From Planctopirus limnophila DSM 3776 (GTDB lineage: Bacteria > Planctomycetota > Planctomycetia > Planctomycetales > Planctomycetaceae), in contig NC_014148.1 in NCBI RefSeq assembly GCF_000092105.1, positions 3,090,001-3,122,000 of the forward strand: a stretch of DNA of 32,000 bases. The letters run 5' to 3'. The notes below the pieces were generated by a model, which did not search any database, had not been told where the DNA came from, and saw only the letters and a list, made by a program, of their open reading frames with translations. This document shows, piece after piece, positions 18,153-25,934 of the stretch. Both the position numbers and the translations under genes were made by a program. Every line of letters begins with the position of its first letter. Position 1 is the stretch's first letter.

Positions 18153-18806
18153 ATGATGTGGCAACGATGGGTTTGTTGGACGGGAATGCTCTGTGGAGTT
18201 TTTGCCTGGTGCGGAGGAAATTTATCAACAGCCCATGCGGCTGATCCGGTCTCATTGTTTGATGGGAAATCGTTCGCAGGGTGGGAAGGTGACACGACAA
18301 AAACATGGCGGGTCATCGATGGCGTGATTGTGGGTGGCTCGCTCAAAGAAAAGGTTCCCCGTAACGAGTTTCTGGCCTCGAAAAAAAGTTACGGGAACTT
18401 TGAATTGCGGCTGAAGTACAAACTTGAGGGAGAGGAAGGATTCGTAAATGGTGGCGTGCAGATTCGCTCGGAGCGGATTCCGGATCATCACGAGATGATT
18501 GGCTATCAGGCCGATATTGGACAGGGGTATGACGGGGCTCTTTATGACGAGAGTCGGCGGAACAAAATGCTGGCTAAGCCGACGGCTGAAGTTCTGGCCA
18601 ATTCATTGAAGAAAGGTGAATGGAACGATTACCGCATTCGATGTGAAGGCCCGCGAATTCGTCTGTGGCTCAATGGTGTCGAAACAATCGACTACACCGA
18701 AGAAGACGCCAAGATCCCACTCGCAGGACGACTGGCGCTGCAGATTCATGGTGGCGGAGTGGCGGAGATACGCTTTAAGGACATTTTCATCGAAGAGTTG
18801 CCTTAA
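18153..18806 (+). CDS. Secreted DUF1080 (3-keto-disaccharide hydrolase-like) domain protein
   Basis: Signal peptide MMWQRWVCWTGMLCGVFAWCGGNLSTAHA. The DUF1080 pattern follows: LFDGKSFAGWEGD..WRVIDGVIVG, NFELRLKYKL, NGGVQIRSE, GYQADI, GALYDE, WNDYRIRCEGPRIRLWLNGV, LALQIHGGG..EIRFKDIFIEEL. Confidence 0.85.
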   Translation: MMWQRWVCWTGMLCGVFAWCGGNLSTAHAADPVSLFDGKSFAGWEGDTTKTWRVIDGVIVGGSLKEKVPRNEFLASKKSYGNFELRLKYKLEGEEGFVNGGVQIRSERIPDHHEMIGYQADIGQGYDGALYDESRRNKMLAKPTAEVLANSLKKGEWNDYRIRCEGPRIRLWLNGVETIDYTEEDAKIPLAGRLALQIHGGGVAEIRFKDIFIEELP

Positions 18807-18906
18807 TGGCGTGTGGACTCCAGTTTGTCAGGTCAACGTGGAGCTGGTGCATTCCGTAAGAACTTCATGCACCCTACTTAAGATCAGAGAGAAGACCCTC
18901 ACCCTT

Positions 18907-18937
18907 CCCTCTCCCACGAAGACGTGGGCGAGGGTTT
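18907..18937 (+). terminator. GC-rich hairpin, possible terminator of the DUF1080 gene or a REP-like element
   Basis: CCCTCTCCCAC (18907-18917) / GTGGGCGAGGG (18924-18934) pairs at 10 of 11 positions, loop GAAGAC, followed by TTT. It lies 100 nt after the stop at 18806. The CCCTC..CCCTCTCCC composition resembles intergenic repeats common in planctomycete genomes (from memory). Confidence 0.4.
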
Positions 18938-19108
18938 CAGAGGCTGAAGATCGTTTCTGCGCAACAAAAGGCTTTAGGGTAGAAGAGCATCGCTCGGCGC
19001 GCCTCGCGGGTGAGATGTGTGATTTCACCTGCGATCCGGAAGATGCTTTTCCATCTGCGGCTGATTCGGAGCCGTAACGCTGGAGGATGTCGAAAAACAA
19101 ACTCCAGT

Positions 19109-19145
19109 ATGAGAGCGTGGTTGCGCTCTCATCTCGAATTCGAGA
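19109..19145. repeat. Two adjacent perfect palindromes/hairpins in a gene-less region
   Basis: ATGAGAGCG (19109-19117) / CGCTCTCAT (19124-19132) with a 6-nt loop. It is immediately followed by the 14-nt perfect palindrome TCTCGAATTCGAGA (19132-19145). Confidence 0.5.
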
Positions 19146-19419
19146 GACCGATGCTGATCTCTGTTTCGATTCCTGCTGGCTGGCTGACTGATGGAAAGGT
19201 GACTTTTGATCAATCGGCAAGCCTGAGAATCAGACGTGCCTGACTGTGGTGGCTGGTGATCATCAAGTGATTTGCCAGTCATAGTTCAGGTTGAAGAGAC
19301 TGGTGGGCCAGGTGCATGCAAACAGCACGTTGAATTCCCGAAGGTGACTTCGCGGGCTGACTCTCTGGTTGCGCTCCGATTCTGTTGCGGATGTGTTTGT
19401 CAACTTCTATTTCCATAAG

Positions 19420-19461
19420 CCCGGTAGTGACTGGTGACAGTTGCTGCCGGGTTTTTTGTTT
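19420..19461 (+). terminator. Strong Rho-independent terminator, plus strand, with no annotated gene upstream
   Basis: 14-bp stem CCCGGTAGTGACTG / CAGTTGCTGCCGGG (three G-U pairs), GTGA tetraloop, then TTTTTTGTTT (19452-19461). The reverse orientation has no U-tract. Confidence 0.65.
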
Positions 19462-19540
19462 GGAGAGGGAGTCATGTTGAGAGAGTGCGGCCTGGATGTG
19501 GAATACATTTCCCGGAGAATAACGGCGCTTTGTTGGTTGC

Positions 19541-19571
19541 GAAAACATGCTTGCCCAGAGCTGCAAGCATG
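19541..19571 (-). terminator. Rho-independent terminator of the DUF971 gene (minus strand)
   Basis: CATGCTTGC (19546-19554) / GCAAGCATG (19563-19571) with an 8-nt loop. On the minus strand it is followed by TTTT (plus-strand AAAA at 19542-19545). It lies 70 nt downstream of the stop at 19642. Confidence 0.55.
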
Positions 19572-19641
19572 GCACACAGAGCGCTATTACTTCATGGAAA
19601 GCGTATAAACCAGGAAAGGACGCCGGACAATCATGGTGAAA

Positions 19642-19968
19642 CTAGTTGCCGATCTGCCGGAGTGTGGAGAGAGAATAGATCCCTGAGGAATGTCCATCGC
19701 TGAAGGAAATGGCGTAGGCGTAGTTGCCAACGGCGCGAAATGAGGTGGGTTTGATGGGGAGTGTTTCCGCTCGATCAATCACTGCCAATAAGCTGGCAGG
19801 TTTGAGCGGTTCGACGGGCGTAGGCTTTTCTCGCTCGACCTGACAGACAGCGCAAGGACATTTTCGGCGAAGATCGCTCCAGGTGATGTGCTGCACCAAC
19901 CCATCAGCCCAGACGAGTTCCAGAGTCTCTCCGGTATTGGCCACCCGCTCCAACGACAAAGCTTCCAT
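19642..19968 (-). CDS. DUF971 family protein (Fe-S assembly-associated small protein)
   Basis: ORF 19642..20025. Preferred ATG at 19968 (GAAGGA 8 nt upstream) gives 108 aa. Features are LELVWADGLVQHITWSDLRRKCPCAVC and the C-terminal VGNYAYAISFSDGHSSGIYSLSTL, the usual DUF971 signature (..W.DGH..G.Y....LR). Divergent from the suf operon. Confidence 0.75.
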   Translation of the reverse strand: MEALSLERVANTGETLELVWADGLVQHITWSDLRRKCPCAVCQVEREKPTPVEPLKPASLLAVIDRAETLPIKPTSFRAVGNYAYAISFSDGHSSGIYSLSTLRQIGN

Positions 19969-20088
19969 AACGATTTCCTTCAATTTCCCGGCTTGCAGCA
20001 TGGCAGTGATGACGAGTGTGGGCACACCTGGTAATGGTGAACTGTAAACACCAGAGTTGCCAATGGTCGGCTGTGACTAGCCGGCTCT

Positions 20089-20111
20089 AAGTTGAGATTC
20101 AGTCTCAACTT
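20089..20111. promoter_or_regulatory. Perfect 9-bp inverted repeat in the DUF971/sufR intergenic region (candidate operator; also terminator-like)
   Basis: AAGTTGAGA (20089-20097), loop TTCAG, TCTCAACTT (20103-20111), followed by ATTATTTTT. It contains a GTTG...CAAC arrangement and sits just upstream of a sigma70-like promoter candidate. Confidence 0.4.
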
Positions 20112-20131
20112 ATTATTTTTCGCACAATTCA

Positions 20132-20160
20132 TTGTCAAAACCTTTTGGCATGTCTAGCAT
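20132..20160 (+). promoter_or_regulatory. Sigma70-like promoter candidate for the sufR operon
   Basis: TTGTCA (20132-20137), 17-nt spacer, TAGCAT (20155-20160). This would give a ~260-nt leader before ATG 20426. Planctomycete promoter rules are poorly known, so this is weak. Confidence 0.3.
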
Positions 20161-20425
20161 AGCAAGTGAGGGCACTTTAGGAGCCTACGGACTCCTGCGA
20201 TCAGTGACCACTTTGGCAAAGTTCCTGAGCTTCGCAACTCTAATCTTGCGAGTGAGTTACGTCATTCCGTCTGCTGGCCTGACAGAATGGCTTGCGGACT
20301 GCTGATGGGAACGAGCGATAAAGCCGGGTTGGATCGGGTAATGCTGGAGTGAATTTGCCTGAGAAAGAGTTCGGTCGAACTTGATTTTTCAGCTTGGCGA
20401 TTTGAATCGATCAGGAGAACGAGTG

Positions 20426-21178
20426 ATGAAACCAATACTGGATCCCGGGGACCGTGAGTTCCTTGAGCGGATGCAGCCTTTGGGTGCCGTCACCATTCAG
20501 GATTTATGTGACTCAGTGAAAGTCACGCAAACCGCTGTGCGTCAACGCCTGAACCGGCTGCTTTCTGGTGGCTGGATTCTGCGGCAGACAGTTAAGGCGC
20601 ATCGCGGCCGACCCTATCATTCTTACACGGTTTCCCCCGCTGGTTTGAGAGAGCTGGGGGATAACTATGCCGACCTGGCTCAGATTCTGTGGCGGGAACT
20701 GCGAAATATTCCTGATGCGGGCATTCGCAAGATTCTCGAAGGTCGCATCCGAGATGCGCTGGTTGAGCAATACTCGAAATCGGTTAATGCTCCTGAGTTG
20801 CGAGAGCGGATGCAGCAACTAGCGGCACTCCTTGAAAGTAGCGGCTTCAGCGTGCATGCAGTTGATGTAACCACTGACGGGCCACGAAGTCTGCCTGTGC
20901 TGCGGGAAAACAACTGCCCCTATCATGAACTGGCGGCGAGCGACGAATCGATCTGCGATCTGGAACAGCAGGTCTTTGAGAAGGTGCTGGGCGTACCACT
21001 GACGATGACACATCGATGCCGCAATGGCGATGGTCACTGTGAGTTCCATCCGATCGAGGCATTTCCGGCTCCAACAGCCATGGTTGAAGCTTCCATCCGA
21101 CAGGATGTTCGTCTGGACAATCCTGATGTAGCAGCACTGGCATTACAGAGTCGCAATGCGGTGGAGGCCACATCATGA
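20426..21178 (+). CDS. sufR: SufR-like winged-helix transcriptional regulator with C-terminal 4-Cys motif
   Basis: ORF 20381..21178 starts at TTG. Preferred ATG at 20426 is preceded by AGGAGA. N-terminal wHTH: [33 protein letters not shown]...[15 protein letters not shown]-terminal Cys cluster: [14 protein letters not shown]-x20-CRNGDGHC (C-x12-C-x20-C-x6-C). It heads a suf operon. Confidence 0.7.
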   Translation: MKPILDPGDREFLERMQPLGAVTIQDLCDSVKVTQTAVRQRLNRLLSGGWILRQTVKAHRGRPYHSYTVSPAGLRELGDNYADLAQILWRELRNIPDAGIRKILEGRIRDALVEQYSKSVNAPELRERMQQLAALLESSGFSVHAVDVTTDGPRSLPVLRENNCPYHELAASDESICDLEQQVFEKVLGVPLTMTHRCRNGDGHCEFHPIEAFPAPTAMVEASIRQDVRLDNPDVAALALQSRNAVEATS

Positions 21179-21852
21179 ATCGCGAACAAACACCGTCCTC
21201 TGCTGCGGGAATCGACTTCAACAATAATCCTCTGCCGAGTGCTGGCAGCCCGTGGATTGAAGGGCGATTTGAAGAGAATCTGATTGTCACCACGCTTGAA
21301 CAGGCCATGAACTGGGGTCAGCTTTCGAGTGTCTGGCCGCTGACATTTGGGATCGCCTGCTGCGCCATGGAGATGATGGCCACAGGGATGAGCAAATACG
21401 ATCTGGATCGATTTGGTTCGGGAGCATTTCGTGCCACGCCTCGGCAAGCCGACCTGATGATTGTCGCGGGGACTGTCACTTACAAGATGGCCAGTCGTAT
21501 CAGGCGGCTCTATGACCAGATGCCAGATCCGAAATACGTGATCGCGATGGGTGCCTGCACCATTGGTGGTGGGCCGTATTTCAAATACGGCTACCATGTG
21601 GTGAAAGGTGTCGATCTGGTGGTTCCTGTGGATGTTTACATTCCCGGTTGCCCACCTCGCCCTGAGGCATTACTCGAAGGGGTGATGCGGATTCAGGATA
21701 AAATTCGTGCCCGAAAGCTGGGCCGTAATACGGTGTCTCAACTCCCTGTGCCGCATCGTTCGGGATATGGGAAGCTGGCCCCTGTGGTCTCGATTCCGTC
21801 GGTGACTGCGCCAGTAACCAGCAACAATACAACTGAGTTTGTCAGCACATAA
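21175..21852 (+). CDS. nuoB: NuoB homolog (NADH-quinone oxidoreductase subunit B / PSST-type [4Fe-4S] protein), stand-alone
   Basis: ATG 21175 overlaps the sufR TGA (21176-21178) as ATGA. Near-canonical NuoB core: [84 protein letters not shown]. All four cluster-N2 cysteines are present. A ~45-aa C-terminal tail follows ([46 protein letters not shown]). Confidence 0.85.
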   Translation: MNREQTPSSAAGIDFNNNPLPSAGSPWIEGRFEENLIVTTLEQAMNWGQLSSVWPLTFGIACCAMEMMATGMSKYDLDRFGSGAFRATPRQADLMIVAGTVTYKMASRIRRLYDQMPDPKYVIAMGACTIGGGPYFKYGYHVVKGVDLVVPVDVYIPGCPPRPEALLEGVMRIQDKIRARKLGRNTVSQLPVPHRSGYGKLAPVVSIPSVTAPVTSNNTTEFVST

Positions 21853-21921
21853 ATTGATCTCGCTGTTTCAGCGAATTTTGATCCTCCATTGTTTTCTGTC
21901 GAGAGTGGAAAAGAGAGTTTC

Positions 21922-22767
21922 ATGGTTGCCTCGCTCAAGATTCAAGACCTGCATGTTTCGGTGGAAGGACTCCCTATTCTTCGCGGCGTGAGCCTCGAAG
22001 TTCGCCAGGGTGAAATCCATGCTCTGATGGGACCGAACGGCTCGGGCAAAAGCACACTGGCTTATACGCTGGTGGGTCATCCCAAGTATGAAATTACACA
22101 GGGTTCGATTGAGATCGATGGCAAGCCTCTCAATGAGCTGGATGCCTGCGAGCGAGCCCGACTGGGATTGTTTCTGGCATTCCAGTATCCGATTGTGATT
22201 CCGGGTGTGAAAGTGGCTGACTTTCTGCGTCATGCGATTACGAACATCCGTAATCCTGACCGCAAGGAAGGCGAAGGGCTCATCCCCATGCGGGAGTTCC
22301 GCAAGGAACTCAAGTCGATGATGGATGAGTTGGGTATGGATAGCGAATTTGCCCGCAGATACCTCAATGAAGGTTTCTCGGGTGGTGAAAAGAAGCGGAT
22401 GGAAATTCTGCAACTGGCGATGCTCAAGCCACGATTTGCTGTGCTGGATGAAACGGATTCGGGTCTCGACAGCGATGCGGTTCGCGTGGTGAGCGAAGGT
22501 TTGCGAAAGCTCTCCGGCCCACAGATGGGCGTGCTGATCATTACGCACCACGAACGGCTGCTCGAATACAACGTTCCCCAATTCACACATGTGATGCTGG
22601 CTGGAAAGATTGTCGAAACTGGCGATGCTTCACTGGCTCGCGAGCTTCATAACGAAGGTTATTCCAAAGTCAGGCTGCGCCATCCGGAAGAAGCTGCTGA
22701 AGAAGCGGCCCGTGCCAGTGGTCGTTCGTCAGAAGCAAACCTCACTGCGGAGCCCGCCAGCGTCTAG
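21922..22767 (+). CDS. sufC: Fe-S cluster assembly ATPase SufC
   Basis: ORF 21889..22767 starts at TTG; preferred ATG at 21922. LKIQDLHVSVEG..ILRGVSLEV..GEIHALMGPNGSGKSTL (Walker A), GHPKYEIT.GSI..DG, LNEGFSGGEKKR (signature), AVLDETDSGLD (Walker B), ITHH. A short charged C-terminal extension follows. Confidence 0.92.
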   Translation: MVASLKIQDLHVSVEGLPILRGVSLEVRQGEIHALMGPNGSGKSTLAYTLVGHPKYEITQGSIEIDGKPLNELDACERARLGLFLAFQYPIVIPGVKVADFLRHAITNIRNPDRKEGEGLIPMREFRKELKSMMDELGMDSEFARRYLNEGFSGGEKKRMEILQLAMLKPRFAVLDETDSGLDSDAVRVVSEGLRKLSGPQMGVLIITHHERLLEYNVPQFTHVMLAGKIVETGDASLARELHNEGYSKVRLRHPEEAAEEAARASGRSSEANLTAEPASV

Positions 22768-22849
22768 TTGTTTTGGCTTGAAGTACCGATGCGATGCCAA
22801 TCGCAGATGAAAATGGATTTGACGTTAGAAAACAGACCTGTTCGCTCTG

Positions 22850-22897
22850 GCCCATGTTCGCTCCGGACGATCTTCGCTCCGGACTATGGGCTGGCAT
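22850..22897 (+). repeat. 3 x 16-nt imperfect tandem repeat in the sufC-sufB spacer
   Basis: Units TTCGCTCTGGCCCATG / TTCGCTCCGGACGATC / TTCGCTCCGGACTATG start at 22850, 22866 and 22882. Units 2 and 3 match at 14 of 16 positions. Each of the last two carries the self-complementary TCCGGA. The array ends 20 nt before the sufB ATG. Confidence 0.7.
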
Positions 22898-22917
22898 GAC
22901 AGATTAAGGGGATAGCA

Positions 22918-24339
22918 ATGGCCACAGATCTCAGCAGTTCGACCAGCGATGACCTGGGGATCGGCGAATATCAGTACGGGTTTCATGACTCTACTGACAA
23001 TTACACGTTCAAGAGCCGCAAAGGGCTGGATCGTGAGATCGTCGAGCAGATTTCCGCAATGAAGAAAGAACCGGCATGGATGCGTGACTTCCGCCTGGAA
23101 GCTTACGACATCTTCCTTTCCAAGCCGATGCCGACCTGGGGTGGTGATCTCTCGCATCTCAACTTCCAGGACATTCATTATTACATGAAAGCATCTGACC
23201 GGCAGGAACAGTCGTGGGATGACGTTCCCGACGACATCCGCAAGACCTACGATCGACTGGGTATTCCTGAAGCCGAGAAGAAGTATCTCGCTGGTGTGAA
23301 GGCGCAGTACGAATCGGAAGTGGTGTACGGCAGTCTGCAGGAAGATCTAGCCAAGAAGGGTGTGGTCTTCACTGATACTGACTCGGCCATTCGGGATTAT
23401 CCTGAGCTGGTGCGGGAACACTTTGGTACGGTCATTCCGTCATTCGACAACAAGTTTGCTGCTCTCAACTCAGCGGTGTGGTCGGGTGGTTCGTTTATTT
23501 ATGTCCCCAAAGGGGTCGAGATCGAGTTTCCACTTCAGGCCTATTTCCGCATTAACTCCGAGAATATGGGCCAGTTTGAGCGAACGCTGATCATTGTGGA
23601 TGAAGGAGCCTCCGTCCATTATGTCGAAGGCTGTACGGCTCCTACTTACAGCAGCGAAAGTCTGCACTCGGCTGTGGTCGAAATAATCGTCAAGCGAAAT
23701 GCCCGTTGCCGGTACACGACGATTCAGAACTGGTCGAACAATGTCTACAACCTGGTGACCAAGCGGGCCATGGCCTATGGCAATGCACTCATGGAGTGGG
23801 TAGATGGCAATCTGGGTTCTCAACTGACGATGAAGTATCCTGCGATCTACCTGATGGAACCGGGTGCTCGCGGCGAGACACTTTCGATTGCCTTTGCCGG
23901 TAAGGGTCAGCATCAGGATGCGGGTGCCAAGATGGTGCACTGCGCACCGAATACTTCGAGTCGGATTGTTTCCAAGAGCATTTCGAAGGCGGGTGGTCGA
24001 GCCAGTTATCGCGGGCTTGTCAAAGTGGAACCACACGCCACAAATTGCAAATCGAATGTGGTGTGTGACGCCCTGATTCTCGATGCGGACAGCCGCAGTG
24101 ATACCTATCCGTATATTGAAATCGAGCAGGAGCATGTGGCGATCGAGCACGAAGCTTCGGTTTCGAAGATTGCTGAAGAACAGCTGCTGTATCTGATGAG
24201 CCGCGGCCTGACGGAAGCCGAAGCCTCGGCCATGATTGTGACCGGGTTTATTGAGCCTCTGGTCAAAGAGTTGCCCATGGAATATGCCGTCGAAATGAAT
24301 CGACTGATCGAGTTGCAGATGGAAGGCAGCGTTGGCTGA
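22918..24339 (+). CDS. sufB: Fe-S cluster assembly scaffold protein SufB
   Basis: 473 aa; AAGGGGA lies upstream of the ATG. Classic SufB blocks: [110 protein letters not shown]-type [13 protein letters not shown]. Confidence 0.93.
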   Translation: MATDLSSSTSDDLGIGEYQYGFHDSTDNYTFKSRKGLDREIVEQISAMKKEPAWMRDFRLEAYDIFLSKPMPTWGGDLSHLNFQDIHYYMKASDRQEQSWDDVPDDIRKTYDRLGIPEAEKKYLAGVKAQYESEVVYGSLQEDLAKKGVVFTDTDSAIRDYPELVREHFGTVIPSFDNKFAALNSAVWSGGSFIYVPKGVEIEFPLQAYFRINSENMGQFERTLIIVDEGASVHYVEGCTAPTYSSESLHSAVVEIIVKRNARCRYTTIQNWSNNVYNLVTKRAMAYGNALMEWVDGNLGSQLTMKYPAIYLMEPGARGETLSIAFAGKGQHQDAGAKMVHCAPNTSSRIVSKSISKAGGRASYRGLVKVEPHATNCKSNVVCDALILDADSRSDTYPYIEIEQEHVAIEHEASVSKIAEEQLLYLMSRGLTEAEASAMIVTGFIEPLVKELPMEYAVEMNRLIELQMEGSVG

Positions 24340-24433
24340 TTCGTGGAATAACATCTGCTTAGCGACATGAATTTTTACGGTTGTTTCTGCCCAGATTGCA
24401 GAATCGACAGATCCGCTTATCTTCGTAGTTTGA

Positions 24434-25813
24434 GTGACTCAGGTTATGTCGACTGCCATCGCTTCCAGTTCTGCTGCCGGCTTCTCTCAGGAAGTTTTCG
24501 AGCAATTTCTCTCCAGCCGCCATGAGCCGGCCTGGGTGAGTGAACTTCGCCGCGAGGCTTTTGCCAAGTACACGGAATTTCTTGAGCAGCCGCTCGATCC
24601 CGAGGAATGGAAGCGGATTGACTTGCGGGCGCTGAAGCCTTCGCAATTTCATCTGGTCACGACACAAGCTGCGGCAGAAGCAAATGCCGCCAGTGGACTG
24701 GAAGCCAATTCGGATCCGGCCATTGGCACTTTGCTGGCCGATCGGGCGGAGTTTGCCGGGCGTGTGATTCATGTGGATGGTCAATCAGTGATTTCTGAGC
24801 TTTCCGAAGAACTGGCGGCCCGCGGCGTGGTGTTTGGCAGTCTGACCCAGTTGATTCAAACACATGGCGAACTGCTGAAGCCTTACCTGATGCAGAAGGC
24901 AGTCAAGCATGATCAGGACCGGATGAGTGCCTGGCATGCTGCTTTCTGGACGGGTGGAACAGTGCTGTATGTTCCGCGAAATGTCAGAGTGGAAGCCCCG
25001 CTCTATGGACTGGTGGCACTCGCGAAGGATAAAGCGGCTGACTTCAGCCACACAATTGTGATTCTCGAAGATGGTGCCGAAGCCACTCTCTTAGAAGAAA
25101 CGACCTCGTTGCATGCGACCCATGCCGGGCTGCATGTGGGCGGTGTGGAGCTGCTTCTGGGACAGGAAGCCCGTTTGCGATATGTGCAGCTTCAGAACTG
25201 GAATCATCGGACCTGGCATCTGGCGACGCAGGCCGGGCATGTGGAAAAAGATGGTTTCCTGCAGTGGACAGTGGGTGGATTGGGAAGCCGTCTGGCACAT
25301 ACTCATCAGGATGTTTCGCTGGATGGACGCGGCGCGGTGGCTCAAGTGAATGGAGTGACGTTTGCGATCAATCGTCAGGTCATTTCGTACTACACTCAGC
25401 AGACACACCGGGCACCGGATACACGCAGCGATCTTTTGTATAAAGACGTGCTGCGGGATGAATCGCGAGTGATCTGGCGCGGGATGATCGATGTCGAAAA
25501 AGGGGCACCCCGGACGGACGGTTATCAGCGAAATGACAGTCTGCTGCTTTCGACAACAGCCCGTGCGGATGCCATCCCTGGCCTCGAAATCGAGACGGAT
25601 GATGTCCGTTGCACACACGGTGCGACAGTGGGTGAAGTGGATCAGGATCAGATTTTGTACTGCATGTGCCGAGGCCTTTCGCGTCATGAAGCCATGCACA
25701 TGATTGTCGAAGGTTTCTTCCAGCAGGTTTATGACCGCATTCCGGTTCCTGCGGTGCAGGAGACATTGAGCCAGGCGGTCGAGCGCAAGCTGGGATTGGG
25801 AAGAGATACGTAG
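24434..25813 (+). CDS. sufD: Fe-S cluster assembly protein SufD
   Basis: GTG 24434 (alternative ATG 24446). SufD/SufB-fold blocks: EPAWVSELRREAFAKY, GTVLYVPRNVRVEAPL, HTIVILEDGAEATLLEE, LRYVQLQNWN, and the C-terminal EIETDDVRCTHGATVGEVDQDQILYCMCRGLSRHEAMHMIVEGF. Confidence 0.85.
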   Translation: MTQVMSTAIASSSAAGFSQEVFEQFLSSRHEPAWVSELRREAFAKYTEFLEQPLDPEEWKRIDLRALKPSQFHLVTTQAAAEANAASGLEANSDPAIGTLLADRAEFAGRVIHVDGQSVISELSEELAARGVVFGSLTQLIQTHGELLKPYLMQKAVKHDQDRMSAWHAAFWTGGTVLYVPRNVRVEAPLYGLVALAKDKAADFSHTIVILEDGAEATLLEETTSLHATHAGLHVGGVELLLGQEARLRYVQLQNWNHRTWHLATQAGHVEKDGFLQWTVGGLGSRLAHTHQDVSLDGRGAVAQVNGVTFAINRQVISYYTQQTHRAPDTRSDLLYKDVLRDESRVIWRGMIDVEKGAPRTDGYQRNDSLLLSTTARADAIPGLEIETDDVRCTHGATVGEVDQDQILYCMCRGLSRHEAMHMIVEGFFQQVYDRIPVPAVQETLSQAVERKLGLGRDT

Positions 25814-25934
25814 CGAGTAAATCCCGCCGGGTTGCCATGGTGAAGTCGAGAAAGATGGCTGAATCCCCTGGCAGGCCGGACCGAATGAACTGACAACTTT
25901 TGCGAAATGCGACCAGGAATTTTGAGGTTTTGTG

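Noticed and set aside
18616-19243. ORFs 18616..19077 (+), 18828..19220 (-) and 19010..19243 (+) in or next to the second gene-less gap.
   Set aside because: The first overlaps the DUF1080 gene out of frame. All read through hairpin and palindrome sequences, lack ribosome-binding sites and have Arg/Ser-rich, motif-free translations.
22850-22897. Could the 16-nt tandem arrays (here and at 31536-31599) be miniature CRISPR arrays?
   Set aside because: The units are directly abutting with no spacers, are only 16 nt long with 3-4 copies, and no cas genes are present. They are simple tandem or iteron-like repeats.
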